Shown here: in pieces, positions 1 through 7,410 of the stretch
How positions within the stretch are numbered: position 1 is the first letter of the stretch
Layout: each line of letters opens with the position of its first letter
Source of the DNA: Candidatus Hodarchaeota archaeon
Lineage (GTDB): Archaea; Asgardarchaeota; Lokiarchaeia; Sigyniarchaeales; SOKP01
Length of the DNA stretch: 13,937 nt
Direction of reading: 5' to 3'
Assembly: GCA_048887225.1 (NCBI GenBank)
Contig: JBHLJY010000035.1
Coordinates: forward strand, 3,423 to 17,359
Notes under the pieces: generated by a model
What the model saw: only the letters and a program-made list of their open reading frames with translations
The model's database searches: none
What the model was told of the DNA's origin: nothing
Translations under genes and position numbers: made by a program

Positions 1-1380
1 AAAGTAGCATTTATGCAATTATCGTCATGTTGGGGGTGCCATCAGAGCCTCGTAAATGCTCACTTAGGATTACTCCCGATTCTGCCAGAATTGGAGATTG
101 TTTATTGGCCAGCTGTTGTTGATTTCAAACACGAATCTTTAGTAGCTCGACCAGACGGCGATATTGTTGTAGGATTTATTGAAGGTGTAGCAAGAACAAA
201 AGATGATACTGAAAATGTTAGGTTGATGAGAAAGAAATGCGCCGTAATTGTTGCAATTGGAGCATGTTCTTGTTATGGTAGTGTCAAGGGATTAGCTAAT
301 CTTTTTGACAAAGATGAGTTAGTCAGAAGAAAATTTATGGAAACAGAGTCAATCACAGATGAAAATCCTAAAGAACCAACTGAACACGTCCCTGGATTTG
401 AAGATTATATTGTAAATGTTAAAGATATTATCGATGTTGATGTATTTATTCCTGGATGTCCTCCAACAACAGATAATATTGTTGCTGCAATTTCATATCT
501 ACTTACGCTTGTTGGAGAAGGACCTGCCTCCCTTAATAAAAACGGTAATATTTGTGAGTCATGTAATTTGTTCAAAGAAGGTTGTTTCTTAGATAAAGAT
601 GAATTATGTTATGGATCAATTACTGCTGCTGGTTGTGATTTAATGTGCCCAAATGATGGCGATATTTGTTACGGATGCTTCAAACCAACAGCGAAACCGG
701 GAGAAAAAGTTACACAATTAAAAAATATTATTGATAATGTAAAATCATTAACACCACAGTTAGGCGCAAGTTTACAGCACTTTCTAGATTTATATTTAGG
801 AGTTTCAAATATAACAAATTTTTACTTCCGTGGCGATTTAATCCAACGATTAGCTTACGAACCAGAAAGTTTTAAGGTTAAAGAAGTTGGAGGAAAATTA
901 GTACTAGATGTCGCGCCTACAGGAAACGCTGTTATGGACGAAATAGTAGGGACTGCTTTATATTTATTAAAGGATGATCCTAATTTCAAATTTAGCTCTA
1001 AGACAGTATGTAGTCATTGCGACAGAGAAGTAGCTGATAAAGTGCCAACAGAATTGAAACGAGATTATGAGGGGCTACCCACAATGGATACTTGCTTTTT
1101 GGAGCAAGGTTATATTTGTCTAGGACCGGTGACGCAAGCTGGGTGTGGAACAATCTGTCCCAATAAAGCAAACGCACCTTGTCTTGGATGCTTTGGTCCG
1201 CCTCTGGGAGTAAAAGACCAAGGTACTAAATTCATTAGTACGCTTGGATCTCTCTGTGCTGATAGAGATCCTGAAGAATTAATGAAATTTATTAAAGATC
1301 CGGCCGGATTATTTAATAGATTTACTTTAGCTGCTAGTACATTGGGCCATAAATATCACGATATAATGGAGGAAGAGTAA
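1..1380 (+). CDS. vhuG: Group 3c (F420-non-reducing) hydrogenase small subunit VhuG/MvhG, 5'-partial, with duplicated C-terminal FeS domain
   Basis: Frame is open from base 1 (KVAFMQLSSCWGC), so the true start is probably upstream. Proximal-cluster motifs CWGC, GACSCYG and PGCPP are present, plus two 8-Cys blocks. Lies directly upstream of the large subunit. Confidence 0.9.
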   Translation, partial: KVAFMQLSSCWGCHQSLVNAHLGLLPILPELEIVYWPAVVDFKHESLVARPDGDIVVGFIEGVARTKDDTENVRLMRKKCAVIVAIGACSCYGSVKGLANLFDKDELVRRKFMETESITDENPKEPTEHVPGFEDYIVNVKDIIDVDVFIPGCPPTTDNIVAAISYLLTLVGEGPASLNKNGNICESCNLFKEGCFLDKDELCYGSITAAGCDLMCPNDGDICYGCFKPTAKPGEKVTQLKNIIDNVKSLTPQLGASLQHFLDLYLGVSNITNFYFRGDLIQRLAYEPESFKVKEVGGKLVLDVAPTGNAVMDEIVGTALYLLKDDPNFKFSSKTVCSHCDREVADKVPTELKRDYEGLPTMDTCFLEQGYICLGPVTQAGCGTICPNKANAPCLGCFGPPLGVKDQGTKFISTLGSLCADRDPEELMKFIKDPAGLFNRFTLAASTLGHKYHDIMEEE

Positions 1381-1382
1381 AA

Positions 1383-2687
1383 ATGGTAAAAGAAATAGAA
1401 GTAGAGCCAGTCACTCGTTTGGAAGGGCATGGTGGATTAAGATTAGTTTTAGGAGACGATGGAAAAGTTCAAAATGTGCAATTTAACATCACTTCTACTA
1501 GATTTTTTGAAAAATTTTTAGAAGGACGTTATTGTGAGCATATTCCAAGAATCACACCAAGAATTTGCGGTATTTGTCCGATTCCTCATCATTTAGCTCC
1601 AACAAAAGCTGTTGAAGATGCGTGGGGAGTGTCGATTCCTGAACCAGCGTTAAAATTACGAAAATTATTAATAAACGCTAAGCAATACTCTTCGCATGCA
1701 TTACATTTCTACGCTTTAGCTGCACCTGATTTTTTATTAGGACCAATGGCAGATCCTGCGCTAAGAAATGTCGTTCATGTAATTACTCAAATGCCAGATG
1801 TAGGTGCAATGGCACTGAAAATGATGGATTTTGGTCAAAAATTATGCGCTGCGATTGGAGGCAAATCAGTTCACCCCATCTCTGCAATTGTTGGGGGAAT
1901 AAAAAAGCCTTTAGATGAGGATATTCGTGATAAATTTCTCAAACAAATTGAAGATCAAGTGGAGTGGACAAAAAAGACAGTTGATATTGGATTAAAAGTT
2001 GTAGAAGATTATTGGGATGTAGTAGCAAATGTTGGTGTTGTTCCTACTTATTATGCTGGAATGACTAAAAATGGGATTCATGACATCTATGAAGGAGACA
2101 TTAGAATCGTATCTCCAACAGGTGAAAAATTCGATTATCCACCTCAGAAATATTTAGATGCCTTAGGTGAACACATTCCAGAACATTCTTACGCGACACA
2201 TATGTATTATAAACCTGCTGGATATCCTGAAGGAATTTATCGTGCCAATACGTTGGCAATGATTAATGCCGCTGATAAGATGGCTACTCCTTTAGCAGAC
2301 GAAGCTCTGAAAGCGATGAGAGCAAAAGTCGGCGAAGTATCACATCATACTTTTGCATATCATTGGGCTCGACTAATAGAATTAGTAGAATCGATTGAAG
2401 TAATTGCGACATTGCTTCAAGATCCTGACATTTTAAATCCTGACTGTAAAACTTTAGATGTTGAGCCCAAAGAAGGCAACGGTATTGGATTAGTTGAAGC
2501 ACCACGTGGCCTGCTATTGTATAATATATGGTCTGACGCAGATGGTATCTGTAAAAAAGCTAACTTATTAGTTGCTACAAATCATAACATCGCTGGAATT
2601 GAAAAAACCTTAATGCATGTTGCGAAGCAAGTCTTTGAAGATAAGGCTTTAGATGGCTTAAAATTACCAGATCCTTGGATAAAATAG
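1383..2687 (+). CDS. vhuA: [NiFe(Se)]-hydrogenase group 3c large subunit VhuA/MvhA, lacking the C-terminal L2 motif
   Basis: TRLEGHG, L1 motif RICGICPIPH and EAPRG are present. Ends ...LKLPDPWIK-TAG with no DPCxxCxxH, as in the split VhuA of Methanococcales. Confidence 0.93.
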   Translation: MVKEIEVEPVTRLEGHGGLRLVLGDDGKVQNVQFNITSTRFFEKFLEGRYCEHIPRITPRICGICPIPHHLAPTKAVEDAWGVSIPEPALKLRKLLINAKQYSSHALHFYALAAPDFLLGPMADPALRNVVHVITQMPDVGAMALKMMDFGQKLCAAIGGKSVHPISAIVGGIKKPLDEDIRDKFLKQIEDQVEWTKKTVDIGLKVVEDYWDVVANVGVVPTYYAGMTKNGIHDIYEGDIRIVSPTGEKFDYPPQKYLDALGEHIPEHSYATHMYYKPAGYPEGIYRANTLAMINAADKMATPLADEALKAMRAKVGEVSHHTFAYHWARLIELVESIEVIATLLQDPDILNPDCKTLDVEPKEGNGIGLVEAPRGLLLYNIWSDADGICKKANLLVATNHNIAGIEKTLMHVAKQVFEDKALDGLKLPDPWIK

Positions 2688-2752
2688 AATCTAAAAATAA
2701 TTATTTGATTTTTTGAATATGAATTTAAAATTTATAAAAAGTGTGAAAAAAA

Positions 2753-3247
2753 ATGGTTGTTGTTGATTACGAATTAAGAAAAAAAATAATGGATGCTCAT
2801 ATTGACGATACATTGAAATATTGTTATCAATGCGCACGTTGTACAGATGTTTGCCCTGTTGCGAAAGTATCTGATCAGCGGTATAATCCCAGACCAATCA
2901 TATTGAATTCATTCTTAGGGCTTAATACATTTATTGGTCAAAAAAATAATTTTAGTATTTGGGGATGTACTGTTTGTGATACTTGTGACGAGGAATGCCC
3001 GCAAAAGATTGAGTTAACAGAAATTTTTACCGTATTAAAAAATATGAGTATTGCTGCAGGAGAAGGTCCTGATTATTACACTACTCAGGCATCAACAATT
3101 TACGATAATGGAAAGGCAATTCCACCGCAACCTGCTGTTGAGAGGAGAAGAGAACAACTGGACCTTCCAAAAATTGAACCCCCAAATGTAAATGAGGTTC
3201 AAAAAATTTTAAATGCAACAAAACTAAATAAAATATTAAATAAGTAA
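2753..3247 (+). CDS. hdrC: Heterodisulfide reductase subunit C
   Basis: CYQCARCTDVCP and CTVCDTCDEECP 2x[4Fe-4S] motifs, YNPR motif, directly upstream of hdrB. Confidence 0.9.
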   Translation: MVVVDYELRKKIMDAHIDDTLKYCYQCARCTDVCPVAKVSDQRYNPRPIILNSFLGLNTFIGQKNNFSIWGCTVCDTCDEECPQKIELTEIFTVLKNMSIAAGEGPDYYTTQASTIYDNGKAIPPQPAVERRREQLDLPKIEPPNVNEVQKILNATKLNKILNK

Positions 3248-3250
3248 AAA

Positions 3251-3256
3251 AGGAGG
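3251..3256 (+). promoter_or_regulatory. Shine-Dalgarno sequence of hdrB
   Basis: AGGAGG 7 nt upstream of ATG 3264. Confidence 0.6.
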
Positions 3257-3263
3257 ATTAAGA

Positions 3264-4151
3264 ATGGCAAAAGCAGAAGAATATAAAATGTTTCAAGGTT
3301 GTGTCATTGGAAACAGAATTCCCTTTATTGAAGCATCTGCGCGAAAAGTATTTGATAAACTGGGAATAAAAACCTCTGAAGCCCCTTTTGCGTGTTGTCC
3401 AGATCCAGTTGGATTTAATTCAACGGATCATTTGAGTTGGATGGCAATGGGGGCCAGAAATCTTACACTCGCAGAAGAGGAAGGAAAAGATATAATTTCC
3501 CTTTGCAATGGATGTTTTCAAACGCTTAAGCTTGTTAATCAAGAATTAAGTCACGATGAACATGAAAAGGAGAAAATAAATGAAATATTAAAAACAGTTG
3601 GGCGAGAATTTAAAGGTAATATAAAAGTAAAACATTTTGTTGAAGTCTTGCACGAAGTTGGAGCAGAAAGAATAAAAGAACATATTACAAACGATCTTTC
3701 TGGCCTAAAAGTAGCTTGTCATACTGGATGCCATTACAATAGACCATCAGAAATAGTTCAAACAGACGATCCAATGAAACCAGTAAAACTTCGAGAAGTA
3801 GTAGAAGCGACAGGAGCAACCCCAGTAGATTATGAGGAAGAAGTACTCTGCTGTGGCACGGGGGTAGGAAATACAGAGGAGGAACCTTCAATGCAGATTT
3901 TAGCAAATAAATTAAATAGCGCAATGAACGCTGGAGCTGAAGCCATCATAGTTAATTGCCCTGCATGTTTCCAACAATTTGACAGTAATCAGAAGAAAGC
4001 AGAAAAAATATCAGGGAATACATATGGGATACCAATATTATATATAACGGAATTATTAGCATTGGCAATGGGAGTTAACCCTGACGACATAGGAATTAAA
4101 TTCCACCGTTCTAGATTAACCGATTTTTTAGAGAAATACAATCTTAAATAA
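3264..4151 (+). CDS. hdrB: Heterodisulfide reductase subunit B
   Basis: Two CCG domains: GC..CCPDP..CNGC and HTGCH..CCGTG..CPAC. Confidence 0.93.
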   Translation: MAKAEEYKMFQGCVIGNRIPFIEASARKVFDKLGIKTSEAPFACCPDPVGFNSTDHLSWMAMGARNLTLAEEEGKDIISLCNGCFQTLKLVNQELSHDEHEKEKINEILKTVGREFKGNIKVKHFVEVLHEVGAERIKEHITNDLSGLKVACHTGCHYNRPSEIVQTDDPMKPVKLREVVEATGATPVDYEEEVLCCGTGVGNTEEEPSMQILANKLNSAMNAGAEAIIVNCPACFQQFDSNQKKAEKISGNTYGIPILYITELLALAMGVNPDDIGIKFHRSRLTDFLEKYNLK

Positions 4152-4190
4152 AATAAAAGAACAAGTATTAGAATTGGAGTTTTTATAAAA

Positions 4191-4340
4191 ATGAGTGATA
4201 TACCAGAAGGAGTAGTAAATGTTTTGGAAATGATAGTTCGATGTTTTGACTGTTGACTATCGTGTGCCGCCCACATCACAGTTGTCGATGAGGATGGCAA
4301 AGAAATTTACTCTCGAAAATTAAATGTTGGCTTAGGATGA
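4191..4340 (+). CDS. vhuU: Selenoprotein VhuU: C-terminal Ni-ligating peptide of a split [NiFeSe] hydrogenase large subunit, 49 aa, UGA at 4254-4256 read as Sec
   Basis: Manual translation: MSDIPEGVVNVLEMIVRCFDC(U)LSCAAHITVVDEDGKEIYSRKLNVGLG*. The TGA falls at the first Cys/Sec position of the L2 motif DxUxxCxxH. GGAG at 4176-4179 upstream, SECIS-like hairpin downstream, and vhuA lacks this segment. Confidence 0.92.
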
Positions 4341-4396
4341 ATGTCCAATAAAAAAAAGCGATTGGATATGACTGCCCTGCGCGGGTAAAACCAACA
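4325..4396 (+). promoter_or_regulatory. Eukaryote-like (Lokiarchaeal-type) SECIS element for vhuU
   Basis: AUGA 4337-4340; 9-bp stem AUGUCCAAU (4341-4349) with AUUGGAUAU (4361-4369), one G-U pair; A-rich loop AAAAAAAAGCG (4350-4360); GA at 4370-4371. The lower helix could form as GGC 4329-4331/GCC 4374-4376 or UGUUGG 4325-4330/CCAACA 4391-4396. Confidence 0.85.
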
Positions 4397-4402
4397 AATA
4401 AC

Positions 4403-4420
4403 TATTTTTATATTTTTAAT
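4403..4420 (+). terminator. Possible archaeal oligo-T terminator of the vhu/hdr operon
   Basis: Two T5 runs just downstream of the SECIS. Weak evidence given the AT-rich background. Confidence 0.3.
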
Positions 4421-4475
4421 TATTATTTTAAGAAATGAAATTAATTAACTATTAATTAAAGAAAAAGGTTTTTTG

Positions 4476-5378
4476 ATGATGAAAGCATTAAGAACTCCTG
4501 TAGAAAGATTCAAAAATCTTCCTAACTTTCCTTATAAGCCAATCTATATAGAGGATCTTCCAGGCTACGAAGAATTGCGAATGCATTATATAGATGAAGG
4601 TCCTAAAGACTCCAAAGAGGTTTTCTTATGTTTACACGGTCAACCAACATGGGCCTATTTGTATCGTAAAATGATACCAGTATTTTTAGATGCAGGATAC
4701 CGAGCAGTTGCGCCCGATTTTTTTGGTTTTGGAAGGTCTGACAAACCTGTTGAGGAGGAGGTATATACTTTTGATTTTCATCGTGGATCACTTATAGCTT
4801 TTATAAAATACCTTGACTTAAAGAATATGACTCTTATTGGTCAAGACTGGGGAGGGATTATAGGCCTCACATTACCAATGGACATGCCTGAAAGAATAAC
4901 TCGGCTTCTTTTAATGAATACATTACTTGGAACTGGCGATTTTAAGCTTACTAGAGGTTTCCTTGCTTTTCGAGACTGGGTCAATAAAACTCCTGATTTG
5001 GATGCTGGACGCCTTATATCCCGTATAACCCCTCAATTATCGGCAGAAGAAATTGCTGCATACAATGCCCCATTTCCAGATATTCGATATAAGGCAGGCG
5101 TGCGTCGTTTTCCAAATCTTGTTCCAGACCGTCCAGATGCTCCTGGTGCAAAAATATCACAACAATCACGCGAATGGTTGAGCAGTGAATGGTCTGGTGA
5201 GACTTTCATGGCAATAGGAATGGCAGATCCTGTTCTGGGCCCGCCTATCATGAATCCTTTAAGGAATTTAATTAAAAACTGCCCTGAACCCTATGAAGTC
5301 AAAGAAGCAAGCCATTTCGTGCAAGAATGGGGAGAAGTGGTAGCAAAAGAAGCATTAAAAGCTTTTAAGTTAGTTTAA
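4476..5378 (+). CDS. Haloalkane dehalogenase (alpha/beta hydrolase, HLD-I/DhlA-like)
   Basis: CLHGQPTWAYLYRKM, APDFFGFGRSDKP, nucleophile QDWGG, acid GMADPVLG, base HFVQE. Start is probably ATG 4476 or 4479 rather than TTG 4473. Confidence 0.88.
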   Translation: MMKALRTPVERFKNLPNFPYKPIYIEDLPGYEELRMHYIDEGPKDSKEVFLCLHGQPTWAYLYRKMIPVFLDAGYRAVAPDFFGFGRSDKPVEEEVYTFDFHRGSLIAFIKYLDLKNMTLIGQDWGGIIGLTLPMDMPERITRLLLMNTLLGTGDFKLTRGFLAFRDWVNKTPDLDAGRLISRITPQLSAEEIAAYNAPFPDIRYKAGVRRFPNLVPDRPDAPGAKISQQSREWLSSEWSGETFMAIGMADPVLGPPIMNPLRNLIKNCPEPYEVKEASHFVQEWGEVVAKEALKAFKLV

Positions 5379-5387
5379 TTAAATAAA

Positions 5388-6719
5388 TCAATTTTGTTTT
5401 TTTATTAATTTGCCAAAAAGGTTAAAACCATCAACTTTATTTATCTTAACCTTGACGAATTTGCCATAATCACCATTATAATCATTAATAAAAATATTCT
5501 TATAAGCAAAATTTCTTCCAAAAGCTTGATGTTTTTTCTCACCTTTGTGGATAACTAAAACCTCACCTTCCCAACCATCCCATTTTTCGTTAATCGTTAA
5601 TAAACTATTTCGAAAAACTCTTGATAATCGAATGGATCTCTCTTTTATTATTCTACTATCTAAGTGCTTCATTTTTTTTGCTTTGGTCCCTGGTCGCCCT
5701 GTAAATTTTGATATATTTAAAATTTCAGGATTTAACCATTTCACGAAATTAACAGTTCTATGAAAATCGTATTCAGTTTCGCCAGGAAAACCGCATATTA
5801 TATCAGTGGAAATAGTAAGATCTGGAAATTTTCTTTTTAATGCCTCAATTTGGTCAATTATCTCGGAGATTAAGTAAGGTCTTTGCATCTTTTTAAGGAT
5901 TTTATTGCTTCCTGATTGTACAGGGATGTGTAAAAATTTATAAACTTTTTCGAGCTTAAAAATAGAAATTAAATCTTCTAGATAATTAATCAGAAAACTT
6001 GGATTTATCATCCCCATTCTTAAAAAGAATTTAAAATCCAAAATATTAATCATTTTTACTAAATCATAGAGCTTAATATTATTGTACTCGTAAATACTGC
6101 AATCTTGCGATGTTAAATAAATCTGTTTAATACCTTGACTCAATTGATGGTTTACATTTTTAAGTATAGTATGAGGATTATAACAGTTTAACTTCCCTCT
6201 TGCGTTTTTTACGCAACAATAAGTACAAGAACCTTGGCATCCTTCAGAAATTGGGACGATTCCAGTAATTTTTCCTGGAGGATAATTAATTAGGAATTCT
6301 GATTTATCAATGGAATTTTCTGTATTGAAAATTAGATTTTTTTTCCCTTCTTTTATTTCTCTAAAGATTTCTGAAATATCATTAACACGATCTAAATCTA
6401 CGATTGCTGAGAAAGTAGGAACAATTTTTTTTACGACATCAATATACTCTGGAGCTATATGTGGTAAACAGCCAGCAATAACAATAAATTTATTAAGATT
6501 TTTACCAAATGTTTCATAAATTTTTTTTAAACGTGCTTTTATTTTGTTTTCTGTTTGTTCTTTTACAGCACATGTGTTAAAGATGATAAATTCTGCTTTT
6601 TCTAAACTCGTTTCAATATAATTAGCTTTTTTTAAAATATTAGATATAATTAGCGAATCTGCTTTATTTGATGTACAGCCGTAAGTTTCAATGTAAAATG
6701 AATTCGCTTCTAATGTCAT
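5388..6719 (-). CDS. mtaB: tRNA t6A37 methylthiotransferase (MiaB-family radical SAM, archaeal/e-MtaB CDKAL1-like)
   Basis: UPF0004 cysteines (YGCTSN, NTCAVK, GCLP), radical SAM motif CQGSCTYC, HIPVQSGS, DIICGFPGET and a C-terminal TRAM-like region. Confidence 0.88.
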   Translation of the reverse strand: MTLEANSFYIETYGCTSNKADSLIISNILKKANYIETSLEKAEFIIFNTCAVKEQTENKIKARLKKIYETFGKNLNKFIVIAGCLPHIAPEYIDVVKKIVPTFSAIVDLDRVNDISEIFREIKEGKKNLIFNTENSIDKSEFLINYPPGKITGIVPISEGCQGSCTYCCVKNARGKLNCYNPHTILKNVNHQLSQGIKQIYLTSQDCSIYEYNNIKLYDLVKMINILDFKFFLRMGMINPSFLINYLEDLISIFKLEKVYKFLHIPVQSGSNKILKKMQRPYLISEIIDQIEALKRKFPDLTISTDIICGFPGETEYDFHRTVNFVKWLNPEILNISKFTGRPGTKAKKMKHLDSRIIKERSIRLSRVFRNSLLTINEKWDGWEGEVLVIHKGEKKHQAFGRNFAYKNIFINDYNGDYGKFVKVKINKVDGFNLFGKLIKKQN

Positions 6720-6837
6720 TTAATTGAGAAAGATTTAATAATCAATAAAAGGAGTAATAAATATAATTATAAAAAATTTTTTTACTTAAATTATTCTAAT
6801 ATTAAAAAAATACACTTAATTAATAAGATGAACTAAA

Positions 6838-7269
6838 ATGGGAAAAATTAAATTCTCATATTGTGACTATTGTGAAAAAGAAGTTGAGCCCGCCAAAAAA
6901 AAACTTGATTCTATGCAAATAACAATTTGGGTAATTGCTTCTATTTGTACCTTAGGATTTGGGATAATAGGATATCTAATTTATAATGCGTCTTTTAGGA
7001 AAAAACATTATTGTCCTAATTGTGAGTCTAAGCTAAAATTCTCCGAAACTCCCTTTGAAAAACCAAAACCTTTAGAAGAATTAACAACAAAGGAAAGGGT
7101 ACTTGTGAAGACTGGAAAGAAAATAAATGTAAAAGAAGAACCAAAAGAGAAACTTGAAGAAGAAATGGAGGAGAAAGAGGAGGAAAAAATTTTTTGCCCA
7201 TTTTGCGGTGAAGAATTAAGTGAAAAAGTAGCAAGTTGTCCATATTGTAAAGCGGACATTAAATTCTAA
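6838..7269 (+). CDS. LITAF-like zinc-ribbon membrane protein with a C-terminal zinc ribbon
   Basis: CDYC, hydrophobic segment, HYCPNC; Glu/Lys-rich linker; CPFC..CPYC. Confidence 0.65.
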   Translation: MGKIKFSYCDYCEKEVEPAKKKLDSMQITIWVIASICTLGFGIIGYLIYNASFRKKHYCPNCESKLKFSETPFEKPKPLEELTTKERVLVKTGKKINVKEEPKEKLEEEMEEKEEEKIFCPFCGEELSEKVASCPYCKADIKF

Positions 7270-7410
7270 AATTAGAAAGTCTATTCAAATCTGTTTTTAC
7301 TCAGATAAAAATACTATCTTAATAAAAAAATAAAGAAGATTCAAATAAAGAGAAAAATAACATTTTAACAATATAAATTGAATATTTATTGAAAAAATAG
7401 ATGGATTGAA

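Noticed and set aside
1383-2687. vhuA as a truncated pseudogene
   Set aside because: The missing C-terminal motif is encoded separately by vhuU.
4191-4256. vhuU as a pseudogene or a 21-aa truncated peptide
   Set aside because: The TGA sits exactly at the Sec/Cys ligand position, the motif continues after it, and a SECIS-like hairpin follows.
3989-4300. 103-aa minus-strand ORF
   Set aside because: Antisense shadow of the hdrB 3' end and vhuU. The plus-strand reading has the conserved hydrogenase motif.
4435-4462. Second AUGA...GA flanked hairpin (TTAATTAA-CTA-TTAATTAA) as a second SECIS
   Set aside because: The stem is all A-U with a 3-nt loop and no A-run, and it lies beyond the T-rich tract. 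More likely chance or a promoter palindrome.
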